Shown in pieces: positions 47,259-55,935 of a stretch of DNA of 64,000 bases (its first letter is position 1; every line of letters starts with the position of its first letter). The position numbers and the translations under genes are program-made. The notes beneath the pieces were generated by a model. The model was not told where the DNA came from and searched no databases. It was given only the letters and a program-made list of their open reading frames with translations. Source of the DNA: an uncultured Thermococci archaeon (GTDB taxonomy: Archaea > Methanobacteriota_B > Thermococci > Methanofastidiosales > B48-G16); contig CAZQQT010000007.1 of the NCBI GenBank assembly GCA_964595645.1, positions 72,809 to 136,808 of the forward strand, written 5' to 3'.

Positions 47259-48524
47259 TCATTTCTCCATTCGTCGTTTGAGCGATCGTGCATGCCCATA
47301 TAACCCTTCCGTCTCTGCAAGCATCCTCGCTATACTACCTATCTTTTCAATTCCCGTTTTCGTCACGCGGAGAGTTGTCTGAAGCTTAACGAAATCTATG
47401 GCACTCAAGCCGCCGGTATACCGCGCACCGGTATTAGTAGGGAGTGTATGGTTGAGTCCGCTGCTGTAATCACCGAGAGCTTCGGCAGCGAAGGATCCGA
47501 CAAAGAGCGATCCGTAGTTTCGTAGGCATGGGATGTACTGGTCGGGATCGCGTAGCTGAAGTTCCAGATGTTCAGGTGCCCTTTTGTTCGCAATTTTAAC
47601 TGCTTCGTCTATTCCCTCGGTAAGAATCATCGCCCCGTGCGCTATCGCCTTCTCAGCAGTGGATCGTGTGGGGAGCCCCTCGAGCTGGTGTTGAAGCTCC
47701 GTTGCAACCCGCTCCGCCAAGGTTACCGATGGTGTAACTAAGAGTGGTAATGCATTGTCATCGTGTTCCGCTTGCGCAAGCAAATCGGCTGCAACGATCG
47801 CCGGATCCGCTGTCTCATCGGCAATGATCATGAGCTCGGTGGGGCCTGCGAGGAAATCGATGCCTACAGCACCAAGCACCTGTTTTTTTGCCGCTGTGAC
47901 GTACGTATTTCCAGGTCCCACGATTTTATCCACCTTTTTGATAGATTCTGTTCCGTAGGCCATAGCCCCTATCGCCTGGACACCTCCCACTTTATACAGT
48001 TCGTCCACGCCGACACGGGCTGCTGCGGTGAGAAGTGCTGGATGGATGGTACCCTCATAGGTTGGGGGTGAGCAGACAGCGATCTCCTTCACTCCTGCAA
48101 CAACAGCTGGAATGCAGCACATAAGCAGTGTAGAGAGAAGCGGTGCCTGCCCGCCGGGAACGTAGACACCCACACGATCTATCGGGATAATTTGCTGGCC
48201 GGCGAAGACCCCAGGGGCGATCTCCATTTCAAATGCGGTGAGCTGGGAGAACTGACGTTCGGCGAACTGTGTGATGTTCCTCGCAGCTGCATCGATTGCG
48301 TCCGCCACAGACGTATCTGTCACGTGAACTGCCTCTCTGAACTCGTGACCCTCTACTCGAAGTTTTTCCAAGACCACATGGTCAAACTCGAGGGTATAGC
48401 GCTTCACTGCCCTATCTCCTTTCTCTCGTACCTCTTGGAGTATTGTTCTCACTGTATCCAATTCCTCAGGCTCCTTGTACGTAAAGAACTCATCCGTGAG
48501 TTCATCTGCAGTAACAATCCTCAT
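47259..48524 (-). CDS. hisD: Histidinol dehydrogenase
   Basis: 421 aa. Conserved HisD regions (..GGQAPLLSTLLMC.., ..AEHDDNA..). Overlaps the upstream gene by 4 nt. Confidence 0.9.
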   Translation of the reverse strand: MRIVTADELTDEFFTYKEPEELDTVRTILQEVREKGDRAVKRYTLEFDHVVLEKLRVEGHEFREAVHVTDTSVADAIDAAARNITQFAERQFSQLTAFEMEIAPGVFAGQQIIPIDRVGVYVPGGQAPLLSTLLMCCIPAVVAGVKEIAVCSPPTYEGTIHPALLTAAARVGVDELYKVGGVQAIGAMAYGTESIKKVDKIVGPGNTYVTAAKKQVLGAVGIDFLAGPTELMIIADETADPAIVAADLLAQAEHDDNALPLLVTPSVTLAERVATELQHQLEGLPTRSTAEKAIAHGAMILTEGIDEAVKIANKRAPEHLELQLRDPDQYIPCLRNYGSLFVGSFAAEALGDYSSGLNHTLPTNTGARYTGGLSAIDFVKLQTTLRVTKTGIEKIGSIARMLAETEGLYGHARSLKRRMEK

Positions 48525-49774
48525 TCTTTTCTCCTCCGTGCAAGCTCATAAAATACCTCATCAAGGGGTATCCCTCGTTTTGCCAGCAAAACAGTAGAAA
48601 AGTATAGGAGATCGGCAATTTCCCATATCACCCCTTCGTCTGTTTCTGCCTCTACTACCTCCTGCGCTTCCTCCAGAATCTTCTCTCTGAGGAGAGGATC
48701 AGTTAGTGTGGCAGTATACGATCCCTGCTGTGGGCTGTTCAGCCTGTCCTGGACTATCTCGTAGAGCTCATACAACTCGTAGTCTCTCTCGCCGAAACAG
48801 GAGTACGATCCCGTATGGCAGGCGACACCTTCCTGCGCTACAGTAGCAAGAATCGTGTCGCCATCGCAGTCTGCCCTCATCCGTATAAGCTCCTGCGTAT
48901 TCCCCGAGGTTTCTCCTTTCTGCCACAGACTATCCCGGGATCGAGAGAAGTACCACATCTTTTCCGTCTCAAACGCTTTTCGAAGCGACTCTTTACTGCT
49001 GTACGCGAGCATGAGCACCTGTCCTGTGGTATCCTGTGTGATTGTTGGAATGAGGTCACTATCCCATCTCAGCGAAGCAATGAAGGCTTCTGTAAGATCT
49101 ATTTTTCCTGTATAGAGTGCCATGCCGAGTTGAATATCCACTCCCATCCGTGAGAGCTCCCGTATCTCCTTCATCGTGCTCACTCCTCCAGCAACGGTGA
49201 TCGGGTTCTCTGTGGTGTGTACCAGCGCTTCCACTACGTCCATGTCAGTTCCCTTCATTGTGCCTTCACGTTCCACGCAGGTAAAGAGGAACTCGGCAGC
49301 GTATGTCTCCAGATGCGAGACTGTCTCAAGGAGATCGAGTCCTGTAGTGTGTCGCCATGCGTCGGTCACGATCTCTCTGTGGAGAGCATCAATGGCAATG
49401 ATCACTCTGTCTCTTCCCACCGCCGAGACCAACGCTTCAAGAAAACCGTCGTTGATCCTGCCGCTATCAAAGGCTTTCGATCCGACGATGATCTTTTTCG
49501 CGCCGAGAGAAATGAGCTCCCGTGCATGTTCCGGTGTCCGTACTCCACCACCCACACGACAGTCCCCAATTCTCAGGATCTTTTTTACTGTCTCAGCATT
49601 ATCGCCTTTGTTCATGGCGGCATCGAGATCGATGACTGCGATCTCACCGTATCTATCAAACTCTCTGGCAAGAGAAAACACATCCTCACGTTCAAGCATC
49701 TTTTTCCTTCCCTGTTGTAACTGCACCGCCTTTCCCTCTTTGAGGTCGATGGAAGGGATGATCATCGTACGCAC
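48521..49774 (-). CDS. hisA/hisIE: Trifunctional fusion HisA-HisI-HisE: ProFAR isomerase, PR-AMP cyclohydrolase and PR-ATP pyrophosphohydrolase in one 417-aa polypeptide
   Basis: HisA barrel (MIIPSIDLKEGKAVQLQQG...GGGVRT...VAGGVST). HisI (SRSRDSLWQKGETSGNTQELIRMRADCDGDTILATVAQEGVACHTGSYSCF). HisE (GSYTATLTDPLLREKILEEAQEVVEA...IWEIADLLYFSTVLL). Confidence 0.8.
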   Translation of the reverse strand: MRTMIIPSIDLKEGKAVQLQQGRKKMLEREDVFSLAREFDRYGEIAVIDLDAAMNKGDNAETVKKILRIGDCRVGGGVRTPEHARELISLGAKKIIVGSKAFDSGRINDGFLEALVSAVGRDRVIIAIDALHREIVTDAWRHTTGLDLLETVSHLETYAAEFLFTCVEREGTMKGTDMDVVEALVHTTENPITVAGGVSTMKEIRELSRMGVDIQLGMALYTGKIDLTEAFIASLRWDSDLIPTITQDTTGQVLMLAYSSKESLRKAFETEKMWYFSRSRDSLWQKGETSGNTQELIRMRADCDGDTILATVAQEGVACHTGSYSCFGERDYELYELYEIVQDRLNSPQQGSYTATLTDPLLREKILEEAQEVVEAETDEGVIWEIADLLYFSTVLLAKRGIPLDEVFYELARRRKE

Positions 49775-50514
49775 ACTCCTCTTTTCTTTAGATACGTCTT
49801 GATCTCCTGTACTGTGTACTCACCGTCGTGAAGAAGGGATGCCAGGAGAACGGCATCTGTCTTTCCGTTTTCCACTACCTCGTATATTTGTTCGAGGGTT
49901 CCAGCCCCACCTGATGCAATAACTGGGATGTTCACGCTCTCAGAGACTGTCCTCGTGAGCTCAAGATCGTAGCCTTGCTGCGTTCCGTCTCTATCCATAG
50001 AGTTGAGCAGGATCTCGCCTGCACCAAGCGCTTCGCCTTTTTTTGCCCAGGAAATAACATCAACCCCCGAATTATTCCGTCCACCATGGGTATAGGCGTA
50101 CCATCGGGTCCCTCGTTTTTTCGCGTCGACAGAGAGTACGATACATTGGGATCCAAAAGTCTGTGCCCCGCGAGAGAGAAGATCGGGGTTGTGGAGGGCG
50201 GAAGTGCATAGTGCAACTTTATCAGCGCCTGCATTCAGAACAGCACGCATATCCTCAACAGTTCGCAATCCTCCACCAACTGTGAGCGGAATGAAGACCT
50301 CTCTCGACACGCCCCTCACTACATCGATAAGGATCTCTCTACTTTTATAGGAGGCTCCAATATCGAGAAAGATGAGTTCATCGGCTCCTTGATCATTGTA
50401 CCGTCTCGCAAATTCCATTGGATCGCCTACATCGCGGAGTTCCTTAAATCTTACACCCTTTCTCACTCTTCCCTCGTCTACATCGAGACAGGGAATAATC
50501 CGTGTTGTTAACAT
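49762..50514 (-). CDS. hisF: Imidazole glycerol phosphate synthase cyclase subunit
   Basis: IIPCLDV...GADELIFLDI...GGGLRT...ASGGAG motifs. Confidence 0.9.
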   Translation of the reverse strand: MLTTRIIPCLDVDEGRVRKGVRFKELRDVGDPMEFARRYNDQGADELIFLDIGASYKSREILIDVVRGVSREVFIPLTVGGGLRTVEDMRAVLNAGADKVALCTSALHNPDLLSRGAQTFGSQCIVLSVDAKKRGTRWYAYTHGGRNNSGVDVISWAKKGEALGAGEILLNSMDRDGTQQGYDLELTRTVSESVNIPVIASGGAGTLEQIYEVVENGKTDAVLLASLLHDGEYTVQEIKTYLKKRGVCVR

Positions 50515-51104
50515 TGTCTCACCCAGTTTTTCAGGAGGTTAAGCCCAATTTTTCCGCTCTTTTCCGGGTGAAACTGCACAGCGTAGATCTTACCCTTTCC
50601 AATCACAGAAGGGTAGGAGACACCATACTCGGTGGTGCCGATCACAATGGACTCCTCTGTACGAACGTAGTACCCGTGCAAAAAGTAAAAAAAGGAACTA
50701 TCATCGATTCCTTCCATTAACGGCGAGTTCCGTTTTATAGAAACGTTGTTCCACCCTATCTGTGGTACTTTATACCTTTCAAACTCAACGACATTGCCGC
50801 GGAAAATGCCAAACCCCCTCGTATCCTCCGCCTCTTCACTTGTTTCAAAAAGGAGCTGCATGCCGAGGCAGATCCCTAAAAACGGCCTATCCGCGCGTAT
50901 CCAGTCATCAATATGCTCATACATGCCTGAAAACACTAGCCGGAGAATCGCAGAACGGAATGCACCGACACCTGGAAGAATCAGGCCATCTATCCCTCTA
51001 AAATCTTTTTTCGATTCGACAACTTTGTATTGTGTTCCCAAGTATTCTAGCGCTTTTTTTACTGAAAGGAGATTTCCAGCTCCATAATCTACTATTCCAA
51101 TCAT
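50508..51104 (-). CDS. hisH: Imidazole glycerol phosphate synthase glutaminase subunit
   Basis: Class I GATase (MIGIVDYGAGNL..LPGVGAF..GICLGMQLL..HPE). Confidence 0.9.
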   Translation of the reverse strand: MIGIVDYGAGNLLSVKKALEYLGTQYKVVESKKDFRGIDGLILPGVGAFRSAILRLVFSGMYEHIDDWIRADRPFLGICLGMQLLFETSEEAEDTRGFGIFRGNVVEFERYKVPQIGWNNVSIKRNSPLMEGIDDSSFFYFLHGYYVRTEESIVIGTTEYGVSYPSVIGKGKIYAVQFHPEKSGKIGLNLLKNWVRQC

Positions 51105-51688
51105 ACTATCCCCTTTGTGCTTGGTATAGCGTTTTTTCGCCGTTTTTCAATAGTGCACGCCCTCTTCAACGAATGTCCGAAGGCTTTAAAGATTGCCTCG
51201 ATCTTGTGGTGATCGGAACGGCCGTAATACACGTGCACATGAAGTGTGGCCCCCAACGATCCAACAATCCCCTGAAAAAAATCGTTTAACAACTCAGTAG
51301 AGAGATCACCAACTCTCTTGTTTTCAAAGGTTGCATGCATGGTGAGATGGGTTCTGTTGGATATATCGACGGCAGTCATTGCCAACGCGTCATCCATGGG
51401 GCAGACAAAGAACCCCGTCCTACAAATGCCTCTTTTATCACGCAATGCTTTCCTAAAAGCTTCGCCCAGTACAATTCCTGTATCTTCGACAGTGTGGTGC
51501 TGATCCACCGCTGTATCACCGTGTACTTCCATTTCCAGATCAAAGACTCCATGCTTCGCAAAGGTCTCCAACATGTGCGTTAAAAACCCTATAGGTGTTT
51601 TTACAGTGCTCTCTCCCGTTCCATCAAGGTTGAGCTCTATTCGTATCTGTGTCTCCTTTGTGTTTCTCTCAACAACAGCAGTTCTCAT
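51101..51688 (-). CDS. hisB: Imidazoleglycerol-phosphate dehydratase
   Basis: IGPD motifs (RNTKETQIRIELNLDG, HMLE..HG.FDL, HHTVEDTGI). Confidence 0.85.
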   Translation of the reverse strand: MRTAVVERNTKETQIRIELNLDGTGESTVKTPIGFLTHMLETFAKHGVFDLEMEVHGDTAVDQHHTVEDTGIVLGEAFRKALRDKRGICRTGFFVCPMDDALAMTAVDISNRTHLTMHATFENKRVGDLSTELLNDFFQGIVGSLGATLHVHVYYGRSDHHKIEAIFKAFGHSLKRACTIEKRRKNAIPSTKGIV

Positions 51689-52752
51689 ATTGACACATCT
51701 CCCATTCCTTTTTCCTCTCGGGGTAGAATATCTCTCAGTACGCTAAGAAACGCGGTATTTTCGCTGCGGGTACCGACAGTTACTCGAAGATATCCGTCCA
51801 TTACTGGCAATGAGCTGAGATCCTTCACCAGTATTCCCCTTTTCTCTAAGGCGTTTTTGATACACTCGGCATCCTGTCCCACATTGACCAAGATGAAATT
51901 TGTAGCCGTAGTACGCGTGTTAACGCCCAGTTTTCTCAATGCACTGGAAAGAAACGCCTTTTCCTTCTGTATATGGTTGACCATGCGACCTATATAGGCA
52001 GTATCGGCAAGTGCTGCTCTCCCTGCAGCAACAGCTGCAGCATTAACAGAAAAAGGAGAAACCACCTTTCGAAGCTCGTCAATGATCTCTTCACTCGCTA
52101 CGGCCATACCCAGCCGCAGACCGGCCAGCCCAAATGCCTTGGAAAAGCTGTGGACTGTAATGAGGTTTTCGAACTCCTCGACGAGATCGACGTACGACTC
52201 ACCGGCAAAGTGGTAGTAGGTTTCATCCAGCACGACCAGTGAGTTGCTCATTTCCTCCATGATGTCAACGAACTCATCTTTGTCGATGCACGTGCCGGTG
52301 GGGCTTCCTGGATTCACAACAACCACAAGCTTCCCTGACTGTGATACGAGGCGTTTCGTTGGAAAGGAAAGATCCTCATTGTACATCACAGGTACCACCT
52401 GTGCTCCTCGTATCTGTGCCAAGATTTCGTACATGGGAAATGTCGGAGAGGGGAGTATCGCCCTATCTCCCTTTCCAATGTACGCGTTCATCGCCGCTTG
52501 AATCGCTCCATTGGCACCATTGGTGAGAAGAATATTTTCAGGGGGTACTGCTAAATACGTTGAAATTTCCTCAACTAACTGAGAATAATCCGGGTATAAG
52601 CTTATATCATTGGAATCCAGAGCGTGAAGAGCTTCTAGTGCCTTCGATGAGCAGCCTCTAGTATTCTCGTTGAGGTTCAGCCGTATAGCAGATTTTCGTA
52701 ATTTAGGTGGTAGATACGGTGAAACCTCAGCCAGTTCCTCACGAGCTCTCAC
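51685..52752 (-). CDS. hisC: Histidinol-phosphate aminotransferase
   Basis: Class II aminotransferase, 355 aa, PLP-lysine region (HSFSKAFGLAGLRLG). Operon context. Confidence 0.85.
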   Translation of the reverse strand: MRAREELAEVSPYLPPKLRKSAIRLNLNENTRGCSSKALEALHALDSNDISLYPDYSQLVEEISTYLAVPPENILLTNGANGAIQAAMNAYIGKGDRAILPSPTFPMYEILAQIRGAQVVPVMYNEDLSFPTKRLVSQSGKLVVVVNPGSPTGTCIDKDEFVDIMEEMSNSLVVLDETYYHFAGESYVDLVEEFENLITVHSFSKAFGLAGLRLGMAVASEEIIDELRKVVSPFSVNAAAVAAGRAALADTAYIGRMVNHIQKEKAFLSSALRKLGVNTRTTATNFILVNVGQDAECIKNALEKRGILVKDLSSLPVMDGYLRVTVGTRSENTAFLSVLRDILPREEKGMGDVSI

Positions 52753-53603
52753 AGGACCACCTTCCGCAACTCGTACTCCAGAATGTCGGTCGCACCGAGG
52801 TTTTTGAGTTGTGGTATCAGTTTTGCTGTTTCCGTCCGTTTCACCGCAATTTTTACCGCGTACCCTTTCTCCCCATAGAGTGGTGCCATAGTTGGAGATC
52901 GCATGCAGGGGAGACTCTGAATGATTTCATCGGCTCTCTCTTGAGGAACGTTCATCTCAAGCATGACCCGTTCCCGGGCGTCAAGTACCGCCTCAAACAG
53001 CGTCGTTAATTCGTCGATCTTCTCTCGTTTCCAGGGATCCTCCAACGCCTTTCTACTTCCGATAAATCGAGTGGATGAGTTCAAAAGTGTGCTGACAACG
53101 TGGAGGTTGTGCTTCTCGAGTGTCCGTCCAGTGGAGGTGTTATCAACGATCATATCAGCATCGTCAGGAGGAAAAACCTCTGTTGCACCGTGGGTCCGTA
53201 AAAATACGTAGTCGTATCCTTCTTTCTTAAGAAAATTCGTGGTGATTCTCTCGTACTCAGACGCAACGACGATCCTTCTCTCATGGAGATTTTCGTGCAG
53301 AAGATCCTCCGGTACCGCCGCCACAATTTGTACGGGATCGAACCCGAGATCCAGTACCTCCACCACATCCGCACCTGTTTCAAGTACCCAATCATGTCCA
53401 GTAACCCCGACATCGTGCGATCCCAGCTCGAGAAGTGTTGGGATATTCTGCGGTTTCATTATTTTCATTTCAAGCTCTGTGTCACTGACAGTAGGTCTGT
53501 ACGTTCGCTCCTTTACCTCTATCCGTATGCCTGCCTCGTTCAGAAGGCCGATCACATTCCCATGAATCCTACCCTTCGGTATAACAATTCGTAATGTTGT
53601 CAC
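52749..53603 (-). CDS. hisG: ATP phosphoribosyltransferase (long form)
   Basis: MTTLRIVIPKGRIHG..., 284 aa with a C-terminal regulatory domain. First gene of the minus-strand operon. Confidence 0.85.
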   Translation of the reverse strand: MTTLRIVIPKGRIHGNVIGLLNEAGIRIEVKERTYRPTVSDTELEMKIMKPQNIPTLLELGSHDVGVTGHDWVLETGADVVEVLDLGFDPVQIVAAVPEDLLHENLHERRIVVASEYERITTNFLKKEGYDYVFLRTHGATEVFPPDDADMIVDNTSTGRTLEKHNLHVVSTLLNSSTRFIGSRKALEDPWKREKIDELTTLFEAVLDARERVMLEMNVPQERADEIIQSLPCMRSPTMAPLYGEKGYAVKIAVKRTETAKLIPQLKNLGATDILEYELRKVVL

Positions 53604-53909
53604 AAAAGCACCTCCCCTCTTAAAAAGGAGATTAGTTATCGATGGTGATGCAGTCCCGACACTACCTTAGAAATACCAATGTTCGTAGGTGTACATTGTT
53701 GGTCAGGATACATCACGCCTCTTTCTCTTTGTCCCTTTATAAATGTTTTCCCAGCATAAAGTTTTAAAGGATGTACCTATTCTCATTCGCATGCTCCGTT
53801 GAAGAAAAAAGAGAGCGTTTTTTCTACATTTTTATTACTTTAATAAACTATTTCTGAATTAGAACGCGACGAAGTATTTTTCAGTGCTTTTGAGGCATAT
53901 AAGAGAAAA

Positions 53910-54746
53910 TTGGAAAAAACACAACAGCTTCTGAGAATGAGAAAATCTTTTAAAGACATATATGCAGAAGAGAATAAAGAGAGTACTATGAAAATCTTTA
54001 TTATAGCAGCTGCACTGACTCTTACTGTTGTTGCGATCTTTGTGTATACTCAGGAGGAACCACCCATGGAAGAGAAAAACATGACTCATAAAATAGAAAT
54101 GCCTCCCATCGACCTCGATACGCCAGCTGAGACGAAAACGGCAACCTTCGCCCTCGGCTGCTTTTGGGGTGCTGAGTCCACCTTTGGCTGCGTTCCGGGT
54201 GTGATCAGAACTCGTGTCGGATATGCGGGAGGCACCACCGAGAATCCAACCTATCGTAATATCGACGATCATATTGAAACCGTCCAGATCGAGTACGATC
54301 CCACGATGGTATCCTACGAAGAACTCCTCGAGATCTTCTGGAACGCGCATACCCCCACGTCACAACCGTGGAAACGGCAGTACATGTCTGTAATATTCAC
54401 TCATACAAACGAGCAAAGAGAACTGGCTTCTTCAACACGAAATCGCGAGGCGAAAATCCAGAGAGAGATCGCGACAGAAATCATAGCCTTCTCGAAATTT
54501 TATCCTGCTGAGGACTACCACCAAAAGTACCATCTCCAGCAGTATACGAAGCTTATGAACGAGTTTACAACTGTCTACCCAAATTCTAAGGATTTTATCA
54601 ACTCTACCGCCGTAACACGAACGAATGGATATGTGGGTGGGTGTGGCACCCTGGCAGATCTCCAAGAAGAGATAGACCAGCTCGGACTCTCAAAAGAGGG
54701 GAAGAAGTATCTGTTAGAGATTGTGAGTGGAAGAAAATACCGTTAA
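53910..54746 (+). CDS. msrA: Peptide methionine sulfoxide reductase MsrA with an N-terminal TM/signal segment and a ~75-aa C-terminal extension
   Basis: Catalytic GCFWG motif (ATFALGCFWGAESTFG). The physiological start may be the internal Met at 53988 (MKIFIIAAALTLTVVAIFVY). Confidence 0.75.
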   Translation: MEKTQQLLRMRKSFKDIYAEENKESTMKIFIIAAALTLTVVAIFVYTQEEPPMEEKNMTHKIEMPPIDLDTPAETKTATFALGCFWGAESTFGCVPGVIRTRVGYAGGTTENPTYRNIDDHIETVQIEYDPTMVSYEELLEIFWNAHTPTSQPWKRQYMSVIFTHTNEQRELASSTRNREAKIQREIATEIIAFSKFYPAEDYHQKYHLQQYTKLMNEFTTVYPNSKDFINSTAVTRTNGYVGGCGTLADLQEEIDQLGLSKEGKKYLLEIVSGRKYR

Positions 54747-54840
54747 ATAAGATGAAAAAAAAGAATAGAGAGGAGAGAGCACGGCACGGTATGAAAAAAA
54801 CACGAAGGGGGGCGATACGATAGAAAAGGAACGAGGAGCC

Positions 54841-55326
54841 ATGGACAGTCAGTTGAAATGGAGATGGGGTATCGGCATGACCTTAATGATCGTGGAAATC
54901 CTCCTTTTTATCATCTACCATAGACCAGCCATCGTCTGGCTCGGCAATCTCGGCTGGATACTCCTCTGGATTGCAGCATTTTTGGCAGTAATTCCTGTTT
55001 TCACTCTCCGCAAACGAGGAGGAGTGACAGAGGGGAAAAGTTATATTGAGACCACGACACTCGTGGATACTGGACTCTACGGGGTGGTACGACATCCGCA
55101 ATATCTCTCCTTTATGCTCATCTGTGTCGGCATTATCCTCGCGGCTCAGGGATGGATAGTGACAGCTGTTGGCATTCCTGCTACGCTCGCGATCTATCTC
55201 GTCATTCGCAGTCAGGATCGGTTCCTCGTTACGCAGTTTGGTGATGCGTACACAGACTATATGGAACGGGTACCGCGGGTAAACATTCTACTCGGTATTA
55301 TCCGCTGGTTGCAGAGGAAAAAATAA
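54841..55326 (+). CDS. Isoprenylcysteine carboxyl methyltransferase-like (ICMT/PEMT family) membrane methyltransferase
   Basis: Family motif (GLYGVVRHPQYLSFMLICVG) and 4 TM helices. Confidence 0.6.
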   Translation: MDSQLKWRWGIGMTLMIVEILLFIIYHRPAIVWLGNLGWILLWIAAFLAVIPVFTLRKRGGVTEGKSYIETTTLVDTGLYGVVRHPQYLSFMLICVGIILAAQGWIVTAVGIPATLAIYLVIRSQDRFLVTQFGDAYTDYMERVPRVNILLGIIRWLQRKK

Positions 55327-55453
55327 ATAGAGAAATAAAGAGCATGCATAAAAACCGCATTCTTGTTACCAATATCCTGAATTACATTATCGGTATCCTT
55401 TTCCTCGTTTAAAAGCTCTCTCAATCTATACAGTACCTTCTTCAACAAAATAC

Positions 55454-55642
55454 TCAAATCGATGATCCCCCCCCTCTCAGTCGATACAAATCGTGTTTCT
55501 TCCCCTTTACTTTTTTTATATCTGCTCCACTTCTCGACGTATAGGGATCGTTCATGAGCTCTTTTAATCGTTCTTTGAGCCTCTCCTTCTCATTGGTTCT
55601 ATCAAGATACGTTTTTACTCGTGGATGTACCCGTATCTCCAT
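55454..55642 (-). pseudogene. RelE/ParE-like toxin gene truncated at a C8/G8 homopolymer (55467..55474)
   Basis: N-terminal 55 aa are RelE-like (MEIRVHPRVKTYLDRTNEKERLKERLKELMNDPY...KKVKGKKHDLYRLR), then GGGSSI*. Removing one G gives ...LYRLRGGDHRFEYFVEEGTV, closer to the RelE core (RvGdyRiiY). Confidence 0.4.
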
Positions 55643-55840
55643 TCATATCTCATCCAAAGGTATATACGTCTCTTTCTCCTTTTGAAGTCGTTCCCACCGT
55701 GCTTCGATTAGATCTTCGACATTAATATCCTCACAGTACTTCATCAATCGATTAATAATATCATCATAAGTTTCTCCTTTATATCCAAATCGTTTTAATT
55801 TCTCCCTCGTGTTCTTTTTAATCTGGATAGTAGTCGCCAT
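55643..55840 (-). CDS. Archaeal RelB-like antitoxin (65 aa)
   Basis: MATTIQIKKNTREKLKRFGYKGETYDDIINRLM.. resembles short archaeal RelB/RHH-type antitoxins. Directly upstream of, and abutting, the RelE-like gene. Confidence 0.4.
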   Translation of the reverse strand: MATTIQIKKNTREKLKRFGYKGETYDDIINRLMKYCEDINVEDLIEARWERLQKEKETYIPLDEI

Positions 55841-55935
55841 GATCTATAATTGTTATACGTACTTTATAAATTTTATGTATAGTATCTAGAAATTATTTGT
55901 ATATATGAAATGTATACAAAAAATCTATCTGTCGT

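Noticed and set aside
49176-49802. 208-aa + strand ORF opposite hisA/IE
   Set aside because: Antisense to a well-conserved his gene. Ser-rich composition.
53604-53909. Possible divergent promoters between hisG and msrA
   Set aside because: Several A/T boxes are present, but none is distinctive enough to call without transcript start data.
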